A stretch of 64,000 nt of DNA, taken from Salibacteraceae bacterium. GTDB lineage: Bacteria; Bacteroidota; Bacteroidia; Flavobacteriales_G; Salibacteraceae. Both the position numbers and the translations under genes were made by a program. The notes below the pieces were generated by a model. The model did no database searches and was not told the origin of the DNA. It was given only the letters and a program-made list of their open reading frames with translations. The stretch is taken from NCBI GenBank assembly GCA_048267965.1, contig JBLWWK010000015.1:4661-68660 (forward strand), in the 5' to 3' direction. Positions 9,931-17,790 of this stretch are shown here, one piece after another (position 1 is the stretch's first letter; every line of letters begins with the position of its first letter).

Positions 9931-9964
9931 CAAAAAAAGCTGCTCTAAGAAAGAACAGCTTTTT
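9931..9964 (-). terminator. Rho-independent terminator of the SnoaL-like gene
   Basis: On the minus strand: AAAAGCTGTTC-loop-GAGCAGCTTTTTTTG, a 10/11 bp stem followed by a T-run. Confidence 0.7.
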
Positions 9965-9988
9965 GTTGAATATTGAGACGAAAACTCG

Positions 9989-10366
9989 TTAATACATGGA
10001 ATTTTCGTTGGCAGATGTTTTAGGTATTTGCTGAATGGCATCCCAATGTTCACAGATTTTTCCGTTTTCATCGAAGCGGAAAAAATCCATGGTTACATAT
10101 TGGTCGTTGCCTGGCCATATTTGGTGGGTATGCAAAGCCACCAAATCACCTTCAGCAATACAACGAACAAACTCAATTGATTTTTTAGGATATTCTCGAT
10201 GCATTCTCTCGAAATACTCGATGAATCCTTCGGTACCATTGGCCACATCGGGGTTATGTTGAATGTATTCATCACCCAGGTATTTTTCAACTGCTTTTTT
10301 AGGATTTCCTAAATAAGCGGTTTTGTAAAATTCAATTGCGTTTTGCTTGTTTTCTTCTAAACTCAT
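9989..10366 (-). CDS. SnoaL-like / NTF2-fold protein (ester-cyclase-like)
   Basis: 125 aa. NKQNAIEFYKTAY...YIQHNP...VALHTH is the SnoaL-like pattern. Confidence 0.6.
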   Translation of the reverse strand: MSLEENKQNAIEFYKTAYLGNPKKAVEKYLGDEYIQHNPDVANGTEGFIEYFERMHREYPKKSIEFVRCIAEGDLVALHTHQIWPGNDQYVTMDFFRFDENGKICEHWDAIQQIPKTSANENSMY

Positions 10367-10378
10367 TAGAAAATGTTT

Positions 10379-11248
10379 TTACTCTTCTATTGTGATTGAA
10401 GCATCGGTAACTGAATGTACTTTAAAGTAGCCAATGGCTTGCTCCTCTGAGTTGATTTCGAAGATATTTCCTTTAACTTGAGCGGGAGGAGAATCGAAAA
10501 TTCCACCACCGCTTGTTTGGCTATCTAACAAAGAAATGAACTCGTAAAAGCCTTTTGATATTTCAATTTGCTCGATTCTTACGTTAACTTCTGGGTATAC
10601 TTCTAAGAAATCTTCAAAGTCTTCTTGTGGCATAAAGTAAGCCGTAAAAACTAAGGTGTCGTTCTTTACCACTTCATCGCTGGCATAAGCCAAGTCACCC
10701 GAGTTTCCGAGGTAGAAATCGTTTACATAAACTTTCCATTGGTAGTAATCGCCAACGGGTTGAGGCTCTAACGTTCTCAGTTTTACTTCGTAACCTTCAT
10801 CGAAGGGTAAATCATCGTTGAATTCGTAAAAGATAGAATCAATAAGAGGTACTTGGTACATGGTTTCACTTTGTGAAACATATTCTTTACCGTTAACTCC
10901 CGATTTAATGTAAACGCTGTAATCGTTGCCAACGGTTCCTTTCCCTTGTAATTCGAAACGTTGGGTTGCTGTGTTGAAATCAAAAGTATCAATAGGGTTT
11001 CCGTTTTCTCTCAAAACAACCGTTGCACTTTGTTCTGCCGAATAATTGGGCTCGTCTTCGTTAAAGTAATTCGTGCTGTAGCTCAATTTTACGTATTGAA
11101 TTGTATCTCGATCAGAGAATTCACCTTCTACTACTAAAATAGGAGTAGGGTCGTCTAAATCTAAGTCTATTTCGTCTTCACAGGCAGTAAATGCCAACAA
11201 TAGCAAGAAGAAATAAATAGGCGGGTATGAAATTAATTTCTTGTTCAT
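10379..11248 (-). CDS. DUF4249-like lipoprotein, partner of the upstream TonB-dependent receptor
   Basis: Lipobox LLLLAFTAC, 289 aa, located 12 nt downstream of a CarboxypepD_reg-type TonB-dependent receptor. That pairing is the usual Bacteroidota arrangement. Confidence 0.55.
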   Translation of the reverse strand: MNKKLISYPPIYFFLLLLAFTACEDEIDLDLDDPTPILVVEGEFSDRDTIQYVKLSYSTNYFNEDEPNYSAEQSATVVLRENGNPIDTFDFNTATQRFELQGKGTVGNDYSVYIKSGVNGKEYVSQSETMYQVPLIDSIFYEFNDDLPFDEGYEVKLRTLEPQPVGDYYQWKVYVNDFYLGNSGDLAYASDEVVKNDTLVFTAYFMPQEDFEDFLEVYPEVNVRIEQIEISKGFYEFISLLDSQTSGGGIFDSPPAQVKGNIFEINSEEQAIGYFKVHSVTDASITIEE

Positions 11249-11259
11249 TTCAAATGCTT

Positions 11260-13647
11260 TTAAAAGGTGAAGTTATAGGTTACAGAAGGAACCGGAATTC
11301 CAATAATTGATAATTGGTAAGCCTGCGAACTGTTACGTGTAGAAGTATCGGTTACACTTTCTCCTGGAGGAGTTCTAAAGTAAATCGAGTACGGGTTCCT
11401 TCTACCATACAGGTTATAAACGCTAAAAATCCAAGAGCTTTTCCACTTTCTATTTTCATTTTTCTTGGGGGTATACGTTGCCGAAACATCTAAACGGTGT
11501 GTGGCAGGAACACGATTTGAGTTTCTATCAGAAAAGTAAGGAACTACTTTATCGTCATACACAAATCTACTTTCGGGATACGTAATTGGACGACCCGTAG
11601 CAAAAATGAAGTTTAAACCGAAATCCCATTCTTTGTTGTAATCATAAATGGCAACAAGGCTAAAATCGTGCGGTTTATCCCAGTTAGCATTGTACCAATC
11701 GCCACCGTTAATGCCGTCTATTTGTTCAGAACCAAGGTCAATTGCTTTTACTTGACGCTCGGTTTTAGAAAGGGTATAAGAAATCCAACCGGTTAATTTT
11801 CCTTTGGTTTTCTTAAACATAAATTCAGCACCGTAAGCTCTACCGTCTCCTGTTAAAAACTCCGTTTCAACCGTTTCGTTCAAGATCAGTTCAGCACCAT
11901 CTCTGTAATCTAATAAATCGTTCATGGTTTTGTAGTACCCTTCAACAGAGAGTTGGTACATGTTTTTGTTCAGGTTTCTGTAATAACCTAAAGCTACCTG
12001 ATCTGCCGTTCCGGGTTTTACATACTTACCAGCAGGTTTCCAAACATCGATGGGAGTAGCAGCCGTTGTATTCGAAACCAAGTGGATGTATTGTCTCATG
12101 CGGTTGTAGCTCAATTTAAGAGAGCTTACATCGGTTAACTGGTAATTAGCGCCAAAACGAGGTTCAAATCCACCGTAGTCTTTAGTTACGTCAAAATCAT
12201 CGTGCTTGGTAGTTGAGATAATATCGTCTCTATCTGTTGGAGTTCCCGCTTCGTATTCGTTAATAACACCACCCATATTGAAGAAGTGAGAATAACGAAG
12301 TCCGTATTGCAATGTTAAGCGAGCGCCAATTCTTTGCTCGTTACCAACGTAAATGGCCGGTTCGAAAGCATTTTCGTGAGGAACTTCAACTACATCGATT
12401 AACGCTTCGTCACCAACGCCTTTAGCACGGCCTGGTCTAAAGTTGTAAAACAAACCGTTTACACCAAACTCTAGCGTGTTGTTCGGGTTCAGGTAATACG
12501 TTAAATCTGTTTTTAGGTTGTAATTGTAAATGTTCGATTCCCATTCAAAACCGTTACCTCCAAAATCTGCAGAAAGCGCATAACCGTAATCTGCATAAAT
12601 AGCGGTAAAGTTGCTAAATAGCTTTTCGTTAAAAAGGTGATTCCAACGTAAAGAAGCTGTTTTATTTCCCCAATCGTTTTCGAACGTACTACCAAAACCG
12701 AAAACATCACGACCAAGGTAAGTAGACAAGAACAGTCTGTTTTTATCGTTGATGGTGTAATTCACTTTAGCGTTTAAATCGTAGAAATACGCTTTGGTAT
12801 CTTTCAATTCATCGTTAAAGAGCAAGAATAAATCGGCATACGAACGTCTACCCGAAACTAGGAAAGACACTTTGTCTTTAACAATGGGTCCTTCTAAAGT
12901 TAAACGGCTAGAAACAGTACCGATTCCGCCATTCATTTTAAACTTCTTAGAATTTCCTTCTCGTTGGCGAACGTCCATTACAGAAGACAATCTACCACCG
13001 TAACGCGAAGGAATTCCACCTTTGTACAACTGAACATCTTTAACCGCATCAGGATTAAACACAGAGAAAAAGCCAAACAAGTGAGAAGAGTTGTAAACAG
13101 GAGCTTCGTCTAAAAGCAGCAAATTTTGGTCAATGTTACCACCGCGCACGTTAAATCCAGGAGCACCTTCACCAACAGAAGACACACCGGGTAATAGCTG
13201 AATAGAACGAACCACATCGGCTTCACCCATAAACTGAGGGATTTTCTCGATGGTTTTCATCTCCACTTTCTCTACCGACATTTGAACTTCTCGCAGGTTG
13301 GCATCTTCGCGCTCCCCTTTTACTTCAAATTCTTTCAGCATTTGAGACTTAGCACCCAATTCGATGTTTTGCTTCACATCTTGGGTGAGTTCAATGGTTT
13401 TTACAATCGGTTCGTACCCAATAAAAGAAAAAGTTACCTCGTAGGTTCCTTGTTCTAAAGTTAATGAGTAAAAACCGTACAGGTTGGTGGTGGTACCAGA
13501 CGCTAGTTGCGAAATAAAAACGGTAGCACCAATAAGTTCTTCGCCACTTTCTGCATCACTTATAAAACCGCTAAGGGTGTGTTTTTGTGCAGAGGCTGAC
13601 AGGCCAAATAACATGCAAAGTAAAAAGAGCAATCTTTTCCAATTCAT
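11260..13647 (-). CDS. TonB-dependent receptor with N-terminal CarboxypepD_reg-like domain
   Basis: 795 aa with a signal peptide. HTLSGFISDAESGEELIGATV marks the CarboxypepD_reg domain and DVVRSIQLLPGV the plug. It has a long beta-barrel ending in an aromatic residue (...TYNFTF). Confidence 0.9.
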   Translation of the reverse strand: MNWKRLLFLLCMLFGLSASAQKHTLSGFISDAESGEELIGATVFISQLASGTTTNLYGFYSLTLEQGTYEVTFSFIGYEPIVKTIELTQDVKQNIELGAKSQMLKEFEVKGEREDANLREVQMSVEKVEMKTIEKIPQFMGEADVVRSIQLLPGVSSVGEGAPGFNVRGGNIDQNLLLLDEAPVYNSSHLFGFFSVFNPDAVKDVQLYKGGIPSRYGGRLSSVMDVRQREGNSKKFKMNGGIGTVSSRLTLEGPIVKDKVSFLVSGRRSYADLFLLFNDELKDTKAYFYDLNAKVNYTINDKNRLFLSTYLGRDVFGFGSTFENDWGNKTASLRWNHLFNEKLFSNFTAIYADYGYALSADFGGNGFEWESNIYNYNLKTDLTYYLNPNNTLEFGVNGLFYNFRPGRAKGVGDEALIDVVEVPHENAFEPAIYVGNEQRIGARLTLQYGLRYSHFFNMGGVINEYEAGTPTDRDDIISTTKHDDFDVTKDYGGFEPRFGANYQLTDVSSLKLSYNRMRQYIHLVSNTTAATPIDVWKPAGKYVKPGTADQVALGYYRNLNKNMYQLSVEGYYKTMNDLLDYRDGAELILNETVETEFLTGDGRAYGAEFMFKKTKGKLTGWISYTLSKTERQVKAIDLGSEQIDGINGGDWYNANWDKPHDFSLVAIYDYNKEWDFGLNFIFATGRPITYPESRFVYDDKVVPYFSDRNSNRVPATHRLDVSATYTPKKNENRKWKSSWIFSVYNLYGRRNPYSIYFRTPPGESVTDTSTRNSSQAYQLSIIGIPVPSVTYNFTF

Positions 13648-13895
13648 GGGTTTAGGTTTGATTTTAATTTGGGGGCAAAAGTCTGCTCACAAACGTTAAT
13701 AGACAAGCGTCTATTGTTCGAGTGGCATATAAAAGGGGTGAACGGAGATAAACATGTACTGAATTGTATTTTAAAGGAAATCAACCTGAATTTAAAGCGG
13801 TTAAAACAGATGAAAACAAAGAGAAATCATCATTTGAGAAAGATTGAGTAGAAGAGAAGAAGAAAAAGTAGCACAGAAATAGTGAAAGAAAAATA

Positions 13896-13962
13896 TCGGT
13901 AGGAACGCGATTTTGACGGCTTCCGAACAGCACAACAATTGATGAAATCGGGTTCCTACCGA
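13896..13962. repeat. inverted pair of the TCGGTAGGAAC motif forming a long hairpin
   Basis: TCGGTAGGAAC (13896-13906) and CGATTT (13908-13913) pair with AAATCG (13945-13950) and GTTCCTACCGA (13952-13962), giving an 11 + 6 bp stem with a G/G mismatch and a loop of about 29 nt. It lies just downstream of the FAH-family gene. Confidence 0.85.
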
Positions 13963-13969
13963 GAAGAAA

Positions 13970-14581
13970 TTATTTTACGCGAAACGATAAAACTTCTTGA
14001 CCTTGAATAGAGCCTTTAAACTCATCGTTGATGGCTACTTTGCCAACACCCGCTGGGGTTCCTGTAAAAATGAGGTCGCCAATTTTAAGAGTAAAAAACT
14101 GACTAACGTATTCGATTATTTGATCGATTGAAAAGAGCATATCGCTGGTGTTGCCTTTTTGAACAAGCTCGCCATTTTTATGAAGATCAAAATCGATGTT
14201 ATCCATCTGTGGAAGTGATTCTACAGTGATAAATTCACCCATTAAGGCAGAACTATCAAAACCTTTGGCTTTTTCCCAAGGAAGTCCTTTTTCTTTTAGT
14301 TGTTGCTGTAAGTCGCGAGCGGTAAAATCGATACCCAAACCAATTTCGTTGTAATACTTGTGGGCAAACTTGGCTTGTATGTGCTTGCCAATGCGATTAA
14401 TCTTAACAACCAATTCTGCTTCGTAGTGAATGTCAGAAGAAAAATCGGGTAAGAAAAAAGGCTTGTTATGCGGCAATAGAGCGGAGTCTGGCTTGCAAAA
14501 AACAACTGGTTCTGTGGGTACTTCGTTGTTGAGTTCTTTGGCGTGTTGAGCGTAATTACGACCAATGCAAATAATCTTCAT
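13970..14581 (-). CDS. fumarylacetoacetate hydrolase (FAH) family protein
   Basis: 203 aa. MKIICIGRNYAQHAKEL...E.ELVV...GDLIFTGTPAGVG is the typical FAH-family pattern. Confidence 0.8.
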   Translation of the reverse strand: MKIICIGRNYAQHAKELNNEVPTEPVVFCKPDSALLPHNKPFFLPDFSSDIHYEAELVVKINRIGKHIQAKFAHKYYNEIGLGIDFTARDLQQQLKEKGLPWEKAKGFDSSALMGEFITVESLPQMDNIDFDLHKNGELVQKGNTSDMLFSIDQIIEYVSQFFTLKIGDLIFTGTPAGVGKVAINDEFKGSIQGQEVLSFRVK

Positions 14582-14590
14582 AAGTCAGAA

Positions 14591-15355
14591 TTAAGAGTTC
14601 ATTTTCTTTTTGATTCGGGTAAGAATTTGCTTGGTATCGGCTGGGAAATCACCTTTCATCATCCAACTGTAATAACCGGGTTCTTGCGCTAGAACATCTT
14701 CTACCAGCTTGCCCTTGTGTTTACCAAAGTTGAATACAATCTTTTTATCAGAGTTGTAGGCAAATCTCCCCATTAAATCTACGTGATTCGATCTTCTAGA
14801 GAATTGATCAAGAAATTCTACATTGTTTTGAAGTTCTTCGTAACGTTCTAATTGAGCCATTAAAACCTCGAAAGTGGCTGTGTTATCGGCTTCTGCGCTG
14901 TGGGCACCTTCTAATTCTTTGTTGCAATAAAACTGATAAGCGGCCGCTAATGTGCGCTGTTCCATTTTGTGGAAAATATTCTGCACATCTACTAAACTTC
15001 TATCGCTAATATCGAAATCGAAACCAGCGCGTTTAAATTCTTCAATGAGTACAGGTACATCGAATTTATTCGAATTATAACCAGCTAAATCGCAATCGTT
15101 CAAGAAGATATAGAGAATAGGAGCGAGGTCTTTAAAGGTAGGCTCGTCTTTTATGTCTTCGTTGGTAATACCATGAACGGCAGATACTGCAGACGGAATA
15201 GGCATTTCAGGATTAACACGTTGTGTTTTGGTTTCCTTTTTTCCGTTAGGATGAATTTTCAGGATAGAATACTCTACAATTCTATCGGTTCCTACATTTA
15301 CACCCGTAGTTTCTAAATCAAAAAATGCGATTGGCTTTTTCAGGTTCAATTTCAT
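14591..15355 (-). CDS. DEDD 3'-5' exonuclease (DnaQ/epsilon-like)
   Basis: Exo motifs FFDLETTG, NSNKFDVPVL and HSAEADN. The ATG at 15355 (MKLNLKKPIAFFDLETTG) avoids the terminator at 15404-15438. Confidence 0.85.
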   Translation of the reverse strand: MKLNLKKPIAFFDLETTGVNVGTDRIVEYSILKIHPNGKKETKTQRVNPEMPIPSAVSAVHGITNEDIKDEPTFKDLAPILYIFLNDCDLAGYNSNKFDVPVLIEEFKRAGFDFDISDRSLVDVQNIFHKMEQRTLAAAYQFYCNKELEGAHSAEADNTATFEVLMAQLERYEELQNNVEFLDQFSRRSNHVDLMGRFAYNSDKKIVFNFGKHKGKLVEDVLAQEPGYYSWMMKGDFPADTKQILTRIKKKMNS

Positions 15356-15403
15356 AGTTGCAAAAGTATTGATTGCAATAGTTAAATAGTAGCATTTAAA
15401 CAT

Positions 15404-15438
15404 GAAAAAGCCCCGATAATCATCTTATCGAGGCTTTT
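15404..15438 (-). terminator. Rho-independent terminator of the porin-family gene
   Basis: On the minus strand: AAAAGCCTCGATAA-GATGA-TTATCGGGGCTTTTT, one mismatch, followed by a T-run. Confidence 0.7.
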
Positions 15439-15459
15439 GAACCAAAAAGAAGAAAAAGA

Positions 15460-16179
15460 TTATTTCAAGAAGTAATAAGCTACTGAAACGTTAAAGACTC
15501 TATGATTACTTCTGTAGTCTTTACGATCATAAGTGTCTGAACTGTAGTTGGGTGCAAGGTTACCTAAACCGTGAGAATAACCTGCGTTGATTTGTAAATC
15601 ACCTAATTCTACGCCCACTCCAGCACTTAAACCAAAGTCTAATCCCATGTAAGGAGTTTCGTCATCACTGAAGTCAGAATCTTCTACCTCACCGTAAGTG
15701 GGTTTTAAATCGTATTCTTCGTCAAATTCGATTTTAAAGTTATTGTCTTCGTAAGAGTAGTTCTCTTTGTTTTTACCGCCAATACCAGCTGCGATGTAAG
15801 GCCCTAAGTAGGCTTGGAAAATGCTGAACTTCACTACCCCGTGAATAGGCATTTCAATATAATTGTAGGTGTAACGATCGTAGCCATCAATGTTTTCATA
15901 TTCTTCTAAGTCGTCTTCTAAATCTACAGAATAGCCTTTTTGGGTGAATAATAAGGCTGATTGAATAGCGAAGTTATCGGTGATGCCATACTCAAGTGCG
16001 GCACCCACATGAAATAAAGGACGAAATTTAGTAGATGGTTCAAGGTCTGAGTCATCGTAGTTAAAACCTACATTGGCAAGGTTAAGACCACCTTTAACAC
16101 CTACTTTTAACTGCGCAAATGCACTGGTAGTAATAAATGTGGCAATTGCTACTGCTGATAATGTAAATAGTTTACGCAT
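15460..16179 (-). CDS. outer-membrane beta-barrel (porin-family / OmpA-like barrel) protein
   Basis: Signal peptide, alternating amphipathic strands, and a C-terminal aromatic residue context (VAYYFLK). Confidence 0.65.
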   Translation of the reverse strand: MRKLFTLSAVAIATFITTSAFAQLKVGVKGGLNLANVGFNYDDSDLEPSTKFRPLFHVGAALEYGITDNFAIQSALLFTQKGYSVDLEDDLEEYENIDGYDRYTYNYIEMPIHGVVKFSIFQAYLGPYIAAGIGGKNKENYSYEDNNFKIEFDEEYDLKPTYGEVEDSDFSDDETPYMGLDFGLSAGVGVELGDLQINAGYSHGLGNLAPNYSSDTYDRKDYRSNHRVFNVSVAYYFLK

Positions 16180-16309
16180 AATACTTTGGTTAAGTTTACC
16201 TACTCGTTAGGTTTTTCGGTTTACACCCTTACTCTTTTTGTTTCAGGATTTTCAGAAACTCCTATTCAGCAATAGCCAATTAACATGCCAAAAATGAGTT
16301 GGCTAGAAA

Positions 16310-16344
16310 ACAAAAAAGCAAAGCAAATTAATTTGCTTGGCTTT
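16310..16344 (-). terminator. Rho-independent terminator of the E2 gene
   Basis: On the minus strand: AAAGCCAAGCAAAT-TAA-TTTGCTTTGCTTTTTTG. Confidence 0.65.
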
Positions 16345-16369
16345 AAAAAGGTGTATTATAAAGAAGTGA

Positions 16370-17692
16370 TTAAACTTCTCTGGTAACGTCAAAACTTTCT
16401 AGGTAATCTGCCATACGTCTCACAAACATTCCGCCTAAAGCACCGTCAACTATTCGGTGATCGTAAGAGTGTGATAAGTACATCATGTGGCGAATGCCTA
16501 GTGTATCCCCAGCTTCTGTTTCGATTACTGCTGGTTTTTTACGAATGGCTCCTACCGCCATAATAGCTACTTGAGGTTGCGGAATAATAGGGGTGCCCAT
16601 TACGTTTCCGAAAGAACCTACGTTAGAGATGCTATACGTTGCACCTTGAATCTCGTCTGGGCTCAATTTGTTTTCTCTTGCTCTTGTAGCTAGATCGTTT
16701 ACTTTTTTACTTAAACCAACCAAGTTAAGTTGATCAGCATCGTGAATAACTGGTAAAATTAGGTTTCCAGAAGGAAGTGCAGTTGCCATTCCGATATGGA
16801 TACCTTTTTTACGGATAATGTTATCACCATCTACCGAAGCGTTAATCATTGGGAAATCTTTAATGGCTTTTACAGCCGCTTCGATAAAGATAGGAGTAAA
16901 GGTAATTTTGGTTCCTTCACGCTTTTCGAAGTCTTTTTTAATACGATTTCTCCAATTTACGATGTTGGTAACGTCTACTTCAACAAAAGAGGTTACGTGA
17001 GCAGAAGTATGTTTAGAATCTACCATGTTTTTCGCAATGATTTTGCGCATGCGATCCATTTCAATTACTTCTACATCGCTACCGTAAGATTTGGCAGGCT
17101 GTTGTTGTTTAACAGCAGGTTGAGCTTTTGGAGCAGCTGCTTTAGGAGCAGGAGCTGCAGTAGCTTGGCCATTTCTTCCGTTGTTGATGTAATCTAAAAT
17201 ATCGTGCTTGGTAACTCTTCCGTTTTGGCCAGAACCATTAATAGATTCTAACTCTGCAAGAGCAATACCTTCTTCTTTTGCTATGTTTTTTACTAAAGGT
17301 GAGTAAAAACGATCACTAGAGGCAAAGTCAGGAGCGGCAGTTGCTTCTGCAACTGGTTGTGGAGCGCTATTGTTAGCGACAGCCGCTGGTGCAGGAGCAG
17401 CATTTTCGGTAGTAGCAGCGCCAGAATCTCCACCGGCAGATGGTGCTTCACCATCGGTAGAAATAATTGCGATTACGTCACCTACGTTAGCTACTTCGCC
17501 TTCTTGAACTCTAATTTCGTGAATTACTCCATCTGCTGGTGCTGGAACCTCAGAGTCTACTTTATCGGTTGCTATTTCAACTAAAGATTCTTCTGCTTCT
17601 ATAGAATCGCCTTCAGCTTTGAGCCATGTAGTAATGGTTGCTTCGGCAACACTTTCACCCATTTTAGGGAGGAGTACTTCAACTAATGCCAT
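16370..17692 (-). CDS. 2-oxoacid dehydrogenase E2 component (dihydrolipoamide acyltransferase)
   Basis: Lipoyl domain (EIATDKVDSEV), Ala/Pro linkers, a subunit-binding domain and the catalytic SHSYDHRIVDG motif. Confidence 0.9.
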   Translation of the reverse strand: MALVEVLLPKMGESVAEATITTWLKAEGDSIEAEESLVEIATDKVDSEVPAPADGVIHEIRVQEGEVANVGDVIAIISTDGEAPSAGGDSGAATTENAAPAPAAVANNSAPQPVAEATAAPDFASSDRFYSPLVKNIAKEEGIALAELESINGSGQNGRVTKHDILDYINNGRNGQATAAPAPKAAAPKAQPAVKQQQPAKSYGSDVEVIEMDRMRKIIAKNMVDSKHTSAHVTSFVEVDVTNIVNWRNRIKKDFEKREGTKITFTPIFIEAAVKAIKDFPMINASVDGDNIIRKKGIHIGMATALPSGNLILPVIHDADQLNLVGLSKKVNDLATRARENKLSPDEIQGATYSISNVGSFGNVMGTPIIPQPQVAIMAVGAIRKKPAVIETEAGDTLGIRHMMYLSHSYDHRIVDGALGGMFVRRMADYLESFDVTREV

Positions 17693-17790
17693 ATTAAACT
17701 TTGTTTTTCGAGGTGCAAAATTAACTGAAAAAATGGGTTTTCCAACTGGTAACTATTTCTTAAAGTTACGCGTGAGTAGTGAGGTTTGAG

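Noticed and set aside
13721-13730. GCCACT on the minus strand upstream of the TonB-dependent receptor, as a cobalamin-riboswitch B12-box fragment
   Set aside because: It is only a 6-nt match. The other conserved cobalamin riboswitch elements are not visible in the leader.
16796-17197. 133-aa ORF (plus strand) and other ORFs inside the E2 gene region (16818..17000, 17357..17584)
   Set aside because: They are antisense shadow ORFs inside a well-supported E2 gene, with low-complexity, Phe/Ser/Arg-rich translations typical of the reverse strand.
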